Assembly (NCBI GenBank): GCA_030141605.1
Contig: JAQGDQ010000218.1
Location: forward strand, 1-64,000
Direction: 5' to 3'
DNA length: 64,000 nucleotides
Origin: Tubiluchus corallicola
Lineage: Eukaryota; Animalia; Priapulida
Below are positions 1-12,779 of this stretch, piece by piece. A program made the position numbers and the translations under genes. Within the stretch, counting starts at the first letter, position 1, and every line of letters begins with the position of its first letter. The notes beneath the pieces were generated by a model that was given only the letters and a program-made list of their open reading frames with translations, had not been told where the DNA came from and did not search any database.

Positions 1-2058
1 CGCTACCTCACTTTTACACTAAATACTATGCCCAGGCAGGGCAAAGAAGCACGCACCATTTTTAAACTCTGATATGACCCGGTTTCACTATCTGCATTCT
101 GTAAATGAACAATATGTAAGGGCAGTATTTTTTAGGGTTGTTATAGTCGTACACTGTCCTCACACATTTTTTCTATAAAAAATAGGTTCATTAATGGCTA
201 ATTTGTATTGTATTACATGTGTGAAATAAATAAGTCTTATATCTTATAGTATCAAACTCACGACCTCCCAGACAGAAAGTGGACACATTACCATTAGACT
301 ATATCGCCTTGTCTAAAGCATGGCTTTACCTTGTTTTGTGAGCTGTCTGTCATTTGTGTGGTGTTGTTATCGTCAACCCCATTTGTCACAGATTTAATTT
401 TTCTGCTATTTTTATACTTTATGGACATAGACAGTTTATTTTTTCTCTCAAGCGCATAGTTCAACAAGTCAACAATTACAAATGGGGAAGACAACGTTTT
501 TGTGATGCAAAAGAAAGGGCACCAAGTGACAGTATGAGTGATCTGATTACTTTTGCTTATCTTCATTGGTGTGGCATGTGATAATAGTTTACAAGAGCTT
601 CTAAGCATTGCATTTTTAAATATTATTCATCCTCACAGCTTTCATTCATGTCTTCCTGTTATAATTTTTCTGTAGCGCACAAAGTCTTGAACAAATCTTG
701 ATGCTTTGAACTGCTTTTCACTACTACATTCACTTGTAGCATCCTCAACTGAAACTCCTACTGCATAGTTAATTTTGATTTTATCATGTATCTTATATGA
801 AAACAAATGCTGTTTAGTATGTTTAGTGTCTATACTATCCTTGTAACTCCCCTTCGTGGTGAGTAAACCCTAATATCTGTTTTTTGCACCAATCTCTCAT
901 CCATAGAGTAGCTTGGAAAAAATAACCCTGTACTGTTTGGATTCTAGTTATTAAGTTTGCATTTTCTCCCACTAGGAGATGTAGTGGTGTCTTGCATATT
1001 TTGGGGTACATACTGTCACTGTATAGGTTGTAGGCCTGTACAAAGTTTCCTGCTTTATACACCGGAAATTATTGTATGGAAAGTAAGCAATGAGTAAAAT
1101 TTTAATTGCACCTTTCAGTTATGTATTTTTTTATAAATTTTATTTATTCGTTGTAAAATTTAAATGATAGCATTTTAGTTGTGGGTGGGTCCCCTTTGTC
1201 TCCTGACAACCGATATTTTGAGAACCAAATCAGCCACTGACTGCTAGTACGGTTAATCAATCAATCAATAGTATCTTTCGTATCACCCAAGCAGATTATT
1301 CTTAAAGTACCTTTTAAGCTGCCTGCTAGTTGAAAAAACTTTATTCTGTTAATTTTTTAAAACATGTTTAAAGGAAAACTAGACCAAATTTTAAACTACA
1401 GATCAAAACAATCTACTCTATAAAATATAGAAAGGGTTTATACAGTTTTTTCAAGAATGATTTAGGTGAAAGAATTATTTCCACGGGAATGTAATTTTGA
1501 GTTCGTGCCACCAGTGTCTCATTGTTACGTGTATTTCGCCATTCCGTAGTTAGACAAGCATTAACGTACCTGCATCTCGGAAAGGCGTTGCACAAAAAAA
1601 CAGTCCAGAAGTGTTCAATTGTGACATAGTATATACATTCGAGACCTCCTGCGTGCATAGCAGTAATTTGCCGAGTTTTTATATATCACACTGAATATTG
1701 TACAGCAGCATTGTTTTCAGTTTTTGCTTTCATAAACACAAACACATGCAAACTGTTCATGGAATATTTGTGCCTTTGAAATTATGTTCATTTGTGATAT
1801 TATCGCTAGCTGGGCTCCTCCATCATTGATTAAATTTTTAATCTATAGTGTAATTATCAGAAATGCTTTGGCACTATGAAAGGTACTAAAATGTATACTT
1901 TTCACCGTACTTAAAATGGGATGTGATATTAGGGTAATAAAATTTTCAGAAGTGAATGTACACTAAGATACTTGATACAAATTCAAATTGCTACTTTACG
2001 TTAAAAATCTGTTTCTGTTTTGCAGATTTCACAAAAAGTGGTTGCTAATTTTTGAAAG

Positions 2059-5000
2059 ATGTCCAGATCAAGAGCTGGACCGCCAGGTCCAAAAACTACA
2101 GTATTAAAGGTAAGCTGCAGTATACTGTTAGTAACTTGTGCAACCTTTTCTTTTTCAAGTTTCTGGTGGGATCAAAAAATATGTTTGTATGTTTGTGTAT
2201 TATAAGATTTTGTGCAGTATTGTCAAATAGTATCTGAAATGAATTTTTCATTTTTATCTAGCTACGGCAAGCAGGCAACCATTATACTGCAGTGTCATAG
2301 GTGTATCAAGAAAAATTAAATCTATTTAATGTCAACTCAACAGATAATAGAATATAAATTTTTAAGCTTCTAATTATCAAGTTTATTTTTGGTTTTTTTG
2401 AGTCCTTAGTAAATGTTCAGCAATTCAAGACGACTGATCGTATCTACTTTACAAAGTGATAAAAAAAATTGCACCATATTACAAGCTAAATTTGAGATAT
2501 TTTATTTTTTAATGAATAACAATCTTGATCTAAACATAGACTTGGAAAACATTTTATGTTAAAAATCATGTTATGTCAATTTCCACAGGTGGTGCTATTG
2601 GGGGATGGTGGAGTTGGAAAAACCTCATTGATGAATCGATTTATCAACAATCGCTTTGATGATAAGTCGTATCATACTATTGGAGTAGAATTTATGAACA
2701 AAGACATTGCTGTAAACAATGAAACATTTACTTTACAGGTAAACATGCTATCAGGATCAGATATTGGCTACAGTGATCAGTGACCAGTAAACATAATTAG
2801 CTACAATTAATTAATGTTACCTTAGCTTATAGTTTAAAGATGCCTTTTAAAAAATAAATTACATTATTTACTAGGGCTGTAATGATACGCCTAGGTCATG
2901 ATACGATATAGTCGCGATACACCAGAGTTAATGTTTGCAGGCTTCATAAAAAAAACAAGATGAAGCTCTTGATAATAAGTGCTAAATATATTTATATTCA
3001 TATGTTTATTTAGCAATCAACAGTTTTAGGATTGCTAAATGTCAAAATAATCTCTATTAACTGTTTGATTTTCTGTTTATTACTTGAGTAATGCATAGGC
3101 TATTGTTTGCATTGTAAGCCACCAGAAAAGCAAAAGTTATCAATACTTTAAGTTGCTCATGCATTTTCTGGTTCACGTCTGCCATTTCACAAGTTTACAT
3201 GGAAATAACATAATTAGCCTACTACAAATTAAACATCTTGCATTTTCAACTGCTTTGGGTACTAGCAGTACCTTTGTAAAGTCAACTATTTTTCAATGCA
3301 CTAATTATTATCTATCTACAGTACATGCTACAGCTACAGCTTGAATCATTTCACATCGTTTTTATCAGCAGCCGGTCAGGCAAATTTGATGAATATCATT
3401 GACTCAGATTATCAATACAAGTGCATTTTGATGATATGCATATCGCAATGAAAGATATCATGCATCATTGTGTCGTTACAGGCCTATTATGTACTAAATA
3501 ACTCAATTTATTTTCTAAAATAATATACAATGAGGTTATGTAAATTGATTGTGTCTTTGATATTGCTGTGTTCGGGATCAAGGTCGCCAGGATCCCGAAT
3601 ATCGATTTTGAACTTTTCTAAAATCTTTAGCTGCATCTCGAACCCCATATTCGAACTTCTTATCCCATCCTGACCTCTGTCCCGAAATTTGAAAGTTTAT
3701 AGTATTTGAAAAACAATGTTTATTTTAGGTTTTTGAGGCATTTCGAGAAAAATGTCCATTTTACCAAATCACCCATTGCTTAAATTTTGCAAGACCATAG
3801 TTTTTATTAAGATTTTATTAGCCACAGTTGCATCGCATTTATTAACCACTATTTTTTAAAACCTTTAATGTAAACATGACTTTTTTTGCTGGATATACAA
3901 AGGGCGAGTGTGACTAATTAATTCTGGTGACCTAGTTTGCCAATAATACTGGAACAATTCACGGAAATATGCAATAGGAATGAGACCATCTTTCGAAAAA
4001 TATTTTGGGAATTTTGCCTCACTGGTACTACTATCTTTACTATCTAAATCCACCCAAGCAGTTGATGCTTCTTAGTCAGTTAATACATGATCACTCTTTC
4101 TGACAGTTATTTTAATGTCACAGCAAAAAGGTGACCGTTAGGTTTCTCTTTGTTTATTTAGCATAGTGAAGTATTCAGGTTCAATGCAAGTTTTAATTAG
4201 CTGGTGTAATTAGGGTGGAATCTGCTCACAGTCTAGGCACCATTATTCGTCAGGATTCTGGGCGCATATAATTATTAGACTGGAGCTAAAATTGTTGAAT
4301 TTTGTTGTGATGTCTCCATTTACTGAAGTGTATATTTCGTAGTCGGGAACCCGGATCCCGAACTTTTGGTTTCGATGCTAACTCTGATCAGGAACCCAGC
4401 AAAAAGCTGACCTCAAACTCATATAATGTCTCGAACCCCGATCTCAAAACCACTACCGAGCTTAACCTTGATCCCATCCCAAACCTTGAAAACCCCTAGA
4501 TATCGCCAGTAAACTCAGGCAATACTTGCACTCTTAGTAAATTATTTGCGATTTCACTCCGACGCAAAATGACGAATTACAACTAAGTAATTACAACCTC
4601 ATGTACGAAAGCATTTCGATTCTATGTTCGAACGGTGTTCAGTTTCTACACAAATATGTCTTTATATTGTGCCTTAAGTGAAATTCTAAGCCTCTCAGTT
4701 CACCAGTTGTGTTTACGTCTACACTCGGTTTAAAACTTTTCCATGATAATACAATGTTAAACATACATAGTTTAAAATACAAAACAAAATGCATCATATG
4801 GGGTTTTTAAGCTGCTAATGTGCCTATTAATAGAGTGAGCCTCCTGTCAAAGTGAGTTTATTGGTAAGAGTACTCAGAGTTCAGTTTGTGAGATAAAAAC
4901 CTATTTGACAATTTTGACATATTTCTTAAATGTAATAAGTAATTGTAGATTGTAATTAATACTACTGATTATAATGCCACTTTTGTGATTATAGGTACAC

Positions 5001-6031
5001 AGTATACCACAACTGCAAAATTGCTGTTAAAATATAAAACCGTCTGTAAAATAATTTGTCTTGCATGGATTGTCTGATTTATAGCAAAATTTAAAATGTT
5101 AATATTACGCAATTAATTTATTGCATTAATAAGCACAATAACACCAAAATTAAGAATAGTTTATTGCTATTAAACAGGAACTTGGCAATTGATTAAATCT
5201 TCGATACTTTGACTTGAAACTTGATTTGAAGCTGAACGTGGCCTCATGAACATGACTTAGGATTCGACTTAAACGCAGACAATAGCAGACATTATGACTC
5301 CTGATTCGACTCAGAGTTGGACATAATGACTTGAGACTTGACTCGGATTTGGGCATAAAGACTTGAACCTTGACTCGGTCCTTGGGCATGGTGACTTGAG
5401 ACTCAGTTTAGACTTCAACCCTAAGGACTCAGGACTCCACTTGGACTTCAGGTAAAAGACTTGACTAAAACACAGCTATTGTTTCCTGGCATGTAACACA
5501 TGTATTTTCATCTCAGTTTCCTCCAAGAATGTGGAATTATGTTGCTCTCAAATAAATTTTACTTTTACTGAATTATTATGATTCCAGATATGGGACACAG
5601 CAGGACAGGAAAGGTTTAGGAGTCTTCGGACACCGTTTTACCGTGGTGCTGACGTCTGTCTACTGACTTATGCAATCGATGATATAAAATCACTCCAGAA
5701 CCTTGGTGTTTGGAAACGAGAGTTTGAAAACTATTCAGCAATTAATACCGAAAGGTCGTTTCCATATGTTGTGATTGGTAATAAAAGTGATGTTCCTGAA
5801 TGTGATAAAGAAGTGACTCGTGAAATGGCTTTGGCATGGTGTCACGAGAATGGGGATAGTCCACTAATAGAGACGAGCGCAAAAGAGGCATGCAATGTGG
5901 AGCAGGCCTTCGTTATTGCGGTGAATTCTTACAAGAGATCTGGCGATGCATACTACCGCCCAGACGCTCCATTTACAGTTGATTTACGGACACACAGGCA
6001 GAAATTTTCTTCCAGGCGATGCTGTGCTTAA
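2059..6031 (+). CDS. RAB9: Ras-related protein Rab9 (3 coding exons: 2059-2109, 2589-2738, 5588-6031; ~214 aa)
   Basis: Spliced translation MSRSRAGPPGPKTTVLK|VVLLGDGGVGKTSLMNRF...HTIGVEF...TLQ|IWDTAGQERFRSLRTPFYRGAD...GNKSD...ETSAK...SSRRCCA*. All G-boxes are present, RFRSLRTPFYRG is the Rab9 signature, and there is a C-terminal di-Cys prenylation motif. Both introns are GT-AG, phase 0. An acceptor at 2024-2025 implies an upstream non-coding exon. Confidence 0.95.
2872..3486. mobile_element. hAT-type MITE in Rab9 intron
   Basis: Imperfect 17-bp terminal inverted repeats (TAGGGCTGTAATGATAC / GTGTCGTTACAGGCCTA), flanked by near-identical 8-mers TTATTTAC / TTATGTAC (8-bp TSD typical of hAT). 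No ORF. Confidence 0.8.
3566..4490. mobile_element. Degenerate non-autonomous DNA transposon remnant
   Basis: GGGATCAAGG near the left end is inverted against CCTTGATCCC near the right end. Clusters of GATCCCGAA/CGAACCCC subterminal repeats occur at both ends. No clear TSD. Confidence 0.45.
5204..5475. repeat. GACTTG/GACTCG short-repeat cluster, probably the subterminal region of a hAT-like element
   Basis: Many dispersed GACTT(G/A)/GACTC(G/A) units in ~270 bp. A related reverse-oriented cluster (CCAAGTC) lies at ~27590-27645. Confidence 0.5.
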
Positions 6032-7536
6032 TGTGAGCAGCAAAGCTTTTCATTTTCTTTTCATTCCATAACATTTAAAGGCCTTCTTTCAGTTTTTGCC
6101 CAATTATTTATAAAACTTTTATTCAATATAATAGTATTTGCTCATTTCGAATTTGCATGTATTTGTTGATGACCATGAGTTTTTCAAATTTTATAAACAC
6201 AAGTATATGTCTATGCAATATGTTTCTCGTGATCATAAGTAAAATTTAGATATTCCATTTTGCAAGCAATTGTTTAACTCTTTTTGTTTCAATGTAGTCA
6301 ATTTTATATTGATTTTTACGTTCAGACTTACTTTTTAAGCCACCTTTTTAGAGTCTTTAAAGCAAATGCAAGCATGTTCTCACTGATGTTATTCAAGCAA
6401 ATTCTTATGACCTACGTGTTACAAGTAGATTGTATTAAAAGTATAATATAAAACTCAGAAAGTCATACTATTTTTGTGTGATACAGAAATTTTATTACAT
6501 ACAGTAAGTGCATAATAATATTAGAAATACCTTTGGTACGCAGACGCAGTAATTTTGTATTATGTATTTAAGTTTAAGATATATATTTCACTCTAGTTAA
6601 TAACTTAGTTATGAATTGATTGAACATGTAAATTTGCATCATATATTAAGATACTTTTGTATACACAATTCTGCAGTAAAGTTGTGATAATTTAATAAAA
6701 GATGACATGATTTTAAATAATTTCTTATATTATTGGAAATAATTTTATGAATAATAAAATTTTATTTTTTAATATCTGTAAGAGTGGCATCAGCTTTTAG
6801 CGAGTTTATGCATGATCTCTGTCCACTAAACAATAAATAGATATTTTAGTTAGTGTAATAAATAGAGAACAAGTACTCACGTATGTTTTTTACTTGGTCC
6901 ATCATTTGAAAATTGAAGGTACTAGACATAAACATAAGACGTTGCATAAGGTGACAACTACTGCAACTGTTACTAATGCAAGAGATTCTTACATTCCTTG
7001 ATTCAAATTAATGGAAGGTAACCTACATAAACAGTTGGTAGCCTCTCGAGTCTTTCGTTTACTAGCATGCCACTATCTAAAGCCTTTCAGCTGGCTTTAC
7101 TAGGCTGGCTCTTGTCAAGTTTTGGTGTGGGAGAGTCATTGTCTAGAGAAATAAAACAGCAGAAAAATGCAAACAGATGGGACATGTGAAAAAGTAGATA
7201 AGAACGAAAAGATAACATGGGTTAAGCATAACTTAAATTTTATAGCCACCAACTATAGGTCTACAGATGTTAAGAGCAATTGCAACACAATTATTGTTAG
7301 GGCATTGTTTTTCATTTATTTAACTTGAAGGACTAAGCTGATAAGATACAGCTGAATGTGGAACACTAAGTAATGAGTATTAGAGATGCCTCGGGCTATC
7401 AGCCATGTTTAGATGTACAAGTATACTGTATGGTGACTTCCTCCTACGAAGTAAATAACTAAGCTATATAAATAATCATTGTAATACAAAAACAGAGGCA
7501 GTGAAGCTGAGAGGAAAACATATTGCACTGCATAAA

Positions 7537-8859
7537 TTAATACATAATTAGCCACTGTGACGGCTGCTCACAAACATCCTGACCATCTCCACAAAAACGA
7601 TTAAATGTTGTACTGGGATTAAAGCCAAGAATTTCTCTTTCTTCCTGAATTCGAAATGAGAAAGTGGAAACTGATGTACCAATAAAGTGTCTAGCATGAG
7701 CACATATCCATTGGTCAATGATGGCAACACCACCATCACCATACTTTTGAAGCACTTGTTTGGACGGAATATAACGAACAGCTCCAGGAATATAAAACTT
7801 TAATTCTTCAAATTCTTGCTCGGGAGCATCAGTTGCAACAAAGACTACATCCAGCTTATATTTCTGCAAAACCTTCTGTAGTTGAAGAGCTGTTCCATTA
7901 ATACTAGGGACATCATTCCTATGGCCATAAAGAAAATCTCGCCGCCGTAAGTGCACCCCAACATAGGGTCCACCAATAGCATAACCGTGATTTCTTTTTT
8001 GTGCTCTCCAATTTTTCTTCAATTCTGTTTTATCTCTCTTATCATCTGATTTCAAGTTATGTCGACGGAATTCATCACTAATGTCCCGTAAATGTTTAGC
8101 AAATCTCATGCTCCTTCGGGCTTTCCAATAGTTTACATCGCCATAGCCATCATGCAGTAATACCTCAGCTCTGTCAATCATAATAGACGTTGCTTTTGAA
8201 TAGTTAGTTCTTAGTGGTTCTGTCATGATCGATGCAAAACCTTGAGCAGATACACAATGGAAATTTTTTGCACGCACTTCATCAAAACCAAAAAACCAGC
8301 TTTCATATAAACCAGTACTTTGCTCTTTAATATATCTTGGTTCTTCCAGGCACTCTCTTTCATCGACCTTTTCCTCCCAAGTTCCCGAAGTCCATCCTTC
8401 CTTGTATGCTTGTAAGTAAACTATTTCATCAAGAATGGGCCCGACATCGATGATGAAATCTTGAAATTCGATAACTGGTATGAAACCATTTAGACTTTCC
8501 AAGTCAAAAAACACACTCCACGGAATTTTTTCACGAATTATACCAGGTGTCTTCCAATGGTACAATGGTCCCCATGGAGGGAGTACAAGAACCCAGTCTT
8601 GCTCACTTTGTCGCAATAATCTAACTAAATTTGCTACTCTCAGATAAACATCGCGTCGTAGATTAAATCCTTCCCCAGGATTGACATTGTACAATAAATA
8701 TTTTCGCTTCCCAGCAATAGCAGAAGGCACAGAAGAATCATTTGAATATTTTAATACTTGTTTATCACAATGACAATAGAAAAACGACAGGAATAAGGCG
8801 CAACAAATAAGACAACGCTTGAAAAATTGAATTGGAAACGTGCTCACGGACGCCGCCAT
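7537..8859 (-). CDS. POFUT2: GDP-fucose protein O-fucosyltransferase 2 (single-exon CDS, 440 aa)
   Basis: Uninterrupted ORF with an N-terminal hydrophobic signal/anchor. Carries POFUT2 motifs YLLYNVNPGEGFNLRRDVY, LVLPPWGPLYHW, WKARRSMRFAKHL, GGPYVGVHLRRRDF and AIIDQWICAHARHFIGTSVSTFSFRIQEEREILGF. Good Kozak context (GTAATGG). Confidence 0.97.
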   Translation of the reverse strand: MAASVSTFPIQFFKRCLICCALFLSFFYCHCDKQVLKYSNDSSVPSAIAGKRKYLLYNVNPGEGFNLRRDVYLRVANLVRLLRQSEQDWVLVLPPWGPLYHWKTPGIIREKIPWSVFFDLESLNGFIPVIEFQDFIIDVGPILDEIVYLQAYKEGWTSGTWEEKVDERECLEEPRYIKEQSTGLYESWFFGFDEVRAKNFHCVSAQGFASIMTEPLRTNYSKATSIMIDRAEVLLHDGYGDVNYWKARRSMRFAKHLRDISDEFRRHNLKSDDKRDKTELKKNWRAQKRNHGYAIGGPYVGVHLRRRDFLYGHRNDVPSINGTALQLQKVLQKYKLDVVFVATDAPEQEFEELKFYIPGAVRYIPSKQVLQKYGDGGVAIIDQWICAHARHFIGTSVSTFSFRIQEEREILGFNPSTTFNRFCGDGQDVCEQPSQWLIMY

Positions 8860-8950
8860 TACAAACAGTGCAACTAATCGAAAACCAATCGGTAATCATG
8901 TGTTTGCCCTGAAATCATTTATCTTTTTGGATTGGCATGTTTGTCGTTTA
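8860..8950. promoter_or_regulatory. Putative POFUT2 proximal promoter, possibly bidirectional
   Basis: CCAAT at 8885-8889 and the oppositely oriented ATTGG at 8931-8935, immediately upstream of the POFUT2 ATG, with locally raised CpG. Confidence 0.4.
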
Positions 8951-8953
8951 AGG

Positions 8954-9834
8954 CATCGTGATGTTGGGCGCCGAGTAATCCACTAGCCGAAGTAGGACAA
9001 TTAGCGTACATCGGCTAGCCCAAGTAGGACACTAGAGACAGTCGCGAATTGACTCGTTAAGTGTACTGGCACCGTCCGTTGTCCTTGTTTATGTAATAAT
9101 AATAATAATTAAAATCGTCAATACACGTTGAATAATTTATTATACATTTGATAAAATAAAAGAATTTTATACTGAGCTGGTAGAACGGACAATATTAAAT
9201 TTGATTTCGATATTAATGTTGTTGAAGTGAAATAAACACACTTTTTAGCGATTTAAACATTGTTTAAGGTATGTCATTTTATCATTTTTATTTTGTCTAG
9301 CTTCACAGACAGGCGCTCCATTTCACTACCTTTTGGACAAATAATTGTTTTCTCCTAAGCAAACATTCTAGCGATCTCTGTGGCCTACATGTTACAATGC
9401 TATTGATATTATTAAAACTAATTGTCTTTGCTTTTCCTAACTGTTAGGAATTACCTTTTTGTGTTGTGAAGGCTTAGTAGCATCTGTCTCATTTTTAAAC
9501 TTGCAATTATTTCTGTAATAACTGTGTGCGTAGTTTCTCATTTAAAGCATTAGATACTTAAGTATAGTGTTATAGTGATTTTAATGGAGCTAATAATACT
9601 GACGATACTATTGTAAAAAATACATTAATTTTGTAAATTATCAAGGACTATAAAGTTACTTTTTCCCTAAAACAAATTTTGTTTTATGATGTCATCATAA
9701 TTCTCGATTCTCGTGAAGAATCGCCAGTGCCCTACTGGGCTGTCCATGTACGACACTGCTTTTCCGCAATTTTAGCACATGCTTTTTACCGGCTACTTCG
9801 GCTAGTGGGTTACTCGGAGTCCTACAGCAATATG
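8954..9834. mobile_element. Element bounded by long imperfect inverted repeats (foldback/MITE-like)
   Basis: 8971-8995 CCGAGTAATCCACTAGCCGAAGTAG matches the reverse complement of 9793-9817 at 24/25. A second block (CGTACATCGGCTAGCCCAAGTAGGACACT, ~9005-9033) is inverted against ~9724-9751. The interior is AT-rich and non-coding. Confidence 0.7.
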
Positions 9835-10039
9835 TGTATTTTGTACCTGTTGTGTCCCTCTTCATTTTGCAGTGTTCGTGGTTCAGGGTATTTTTTATAA
9901 AAATAAAACTTCGTATTTTCAGGGATTTTTTATTATATTCAGATCAGTTCTAATAATACCAGTTACCAGTCGTTGTCCTCTTCCATAGGCTACTGCCTGT
10001 TAACATTTCACATAAATAAAAACCTCATATCTCTGGACA

Positions 10040-11240
10040 TTGACTAGGATAGTGTAATAGCGCCCTTATTTCATAATCCTGGTTCCCTTACTGTGAAAAA
10101 TCGTTTTCTTGTGTTGAGTCTACTATGTTGTACCGTTAGTTCATAGACATGACCCCTCGTCCTTCCTTCTTTGCTTGTTTCCAGTTTTATTGCCGTGTCG
10201 CAATAGCCATGTGTGATCTTGTACACTTCTGTCATGTCACATCTGAACCTACAGTATGTTAAACTAGGCAGTTTCAGTGTCAACAATCTGTCTTCGTACT
10301 CTATATACAATAAACCGTCATTGTTGCTGTATGCAAAATGTAAAATAGTGACCAAACTGTGTTACCATATTCCAATATCAATCTTACTAATGTGATATAT
10401 AATGGCAAAAACATGTCGGTGTCTATGTAGTCAAATGAGCCTTTCATCATTCCAATTATTCTGTTTCCCATACTGGCTACTGTTTCAGCGTGCTCATCAA
10501 ATTTTGGTTTATTATCTGCAATAACTCCTAAATCTTTCTCACTCTCCATTTCGTTTAAGCCAACTGGTGTTTCATCATTATACATAACATAGTTATTGTA
10601 CATATTATGGTAACCTACATGCATCATCTTACTTTGTATGTATTGAACATCATTTGCCCATTCTTGTAGGTTGTTCAAGTCAGTTTGTAGTTTTTTAGCA
10701 TCTGCTTGAAAGTTAATTTCACTGATTATCTTCACATCATCTGCAAACAGTCTAATAATTTACCATTACTTCAGGCATATTATTTATATAGCAGATAAGT
10801 AATATGGGACCCAACACGCTGCCTTGCGGAATGCCATATAATACTGGTGCCCATCTTGACAATGCATTGTTGATTTTGACTCTTTGACTGCAATTGCAAA
10901 GAAAATCTTATATCCATTGACGTAATTTTCTCCCGTGATGCAAGAGTTATGTAGCTTTAGTAAGAGTTTTTGTGAGGGACTGAATGAAATGCCTTTGCAA
11001 AATCTAAATAGATTGTGTCAATTCAAGCACCACAATCGATTATTTTGGTCCATAAATCAACGACATCTAATAGTTGTGTAATACATGACCTGCCTTTCAT
11101 AAATCTGTGTTGTGTTCTTGATATTTTGTCTTTTATGTGCTGTGTCAGTTGTTTCCAGATAATTTTCTCTTGTGTTTTACAAGTTAGTGACGTTAGGCTT
11201 ACTGGTCTGTAGTTGTTCTTATCAATTCTTAGTGGAATTA
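10040..11240 (-). mobile_element. Decayed CR1-clade LINE, reverse transcriptase and 3' region
   Basis: Frameshifted minus-strand pieces occur in the expected order: NYRPVSLTS..CK..EKII, QHRFMKGRSCITQLL, IYLDF.KAF, GIPQGSVLGP (~10805-10835), LFADD (~10735-10750), EKDLGVI.D, LY.TLVR.ILEY, RTRGH..L, RK.FFTVR. Confidence 0.9.
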
Positions 11241-11309
11241 AACAACAACTTTTATTTAAAGTCGGGTTTAAGCTTGCTAGCACTGTTGCAGGGCCCCGCA
11301 CACCTCTCG

Positions 11310-12180
11310 GTGCTGATTTAAACTTGTTGGCAGAGTCTGATTTTACAACATTGTTATCCAATTTGTTCCAATGAGGAACAACTCTGTTAGCAAAGAAGTG
11401 TTACAAATATTTGACCTGATGGTTGGAACAAAGATTTTATATTCGTGACCTCTAAGTTGTTTGTATGGGCAATAGAAAAAATAATATAGAATGATGTACC
11501 AGTCTACATTTATTACTTTGTATGCATTAACAAAGTTAATTGTTGCCCTCCTTTGTTCTAAAGTAGAAACATTATCCCAGTCGAGATCTTTGCCTAACTG
11601 TAAACCTCATAAGGTTCCTTACATAAAGGAACAATGACTTTGGCTATGATATATTATGATATGTTTGATTAGACCAGTCCTTTGGTTAGCGACTTTCTCA
11701 TTGTGTGCAATATGCTCATTGAACTGAACATAGGTTTGGTGTGTCATAGATTTTGAGATTTCTCTTTTATGACTTCATCACTCCTATAATATGGTGTGTG
11801 AGATTTGTTCCATACACATAATAATCAACATTTGCTTCTCTTAAGTTGAATCAACCATTCACTGTACCATTTTTTTTAATTTCATTGAGATCATTTTGTA
11901 AAATAATCTGGTCTGAGCCACCCCAGCTTGGGCAATAGGGCTTAGGATCATTCACAAATAAAGGGATGCTTGTATCAAGGGACACAATATCTTATATCAT
12001 TTATAGACATAGGAAAGCAATAAGGGCTGCTAAGTGTACCTTGGGGGATTCTGTTAGCTGAAGGTTGCCAGTTTGTAGTTGTGCCATTCATAACAATTCG
12101 CTGTCTACGATGAGTCAAGAAAAAATCAAACCATTTTAATAAATTACCACAGATTCCTGAAAATTTGCATTCAACACAGA
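11310..12180 (-). mobile_element. Second, more degraded CR1-like LINE fragment
   Basis: Minus-strand remnants IPQGT (~12035-12052), FFANRVVPHWNKLDNNVVKSDSANKFK (~11315-11400) and an LRGH-like motif, with many stops and frameshifts. Confidence 0.65.
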
Positions 12181-12779
12181 AGAAAATACTGGTGTCATTG
12201 TGCTAGAAAAAAACCCGGCTTGGCAGACAATAAATGAAAACTTCAGGGCAGTTTTACCTTAAAAGTTCAAGAAAATTTCTGTTTCTAGTGGGAAAATAGA
12301 CATAAACATGTTGTGTAAGAAGGTTATCAAATATAGTTTCTAACAACTAAAGGACCATGCAGAACTGAATCAGGCCATATGAGGTTTGGAAGATTGAAAT
12401 CTCCACAAATAATTGCATTGCTATTACAACTGTTCAGTAGCACGTTTGATTTCATCTAGAGAATATAAAAATATCTGAAACACCAAAAGTACTAATTTGA
12501 TCTAAGTTACAAGAGCGATAAACACATGAAATTGTTCAACTTTGACCTTTGGCATATTGCTTAACACCTTCAACTTCAGCAGTACATTTAAATGTAAATG
12601 AATAATAGAAAAATGAGTCTTATGAAAAATAGCGCCACCATCTCTAGCTGTGGTAAGAAAAATATTATGCCTGTCATACCTCATAACAGAATAACCTAGA
12701 TGATAAATCTTTTGATTAGTAATATTTTAAATTAGCCAAGTTTCACAAATATTGTACAAATAAAATCTGGATTTTCAGT

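Noticed and set aside
835-1090. Minus-strand 75-aa ORF whose start looks faintly like a PPR repeat (YKAGNFVQAYNLY)
   Set aside because: The resemblance needs a frameshift to include the upstream half, an in-frame stop precedes it, and there are no supporting splice sites.
5150-5389. 79-aa ORF rich in S/K/R
   Set aside because: Translation of the GACTTG repeat cluster, not a gene.
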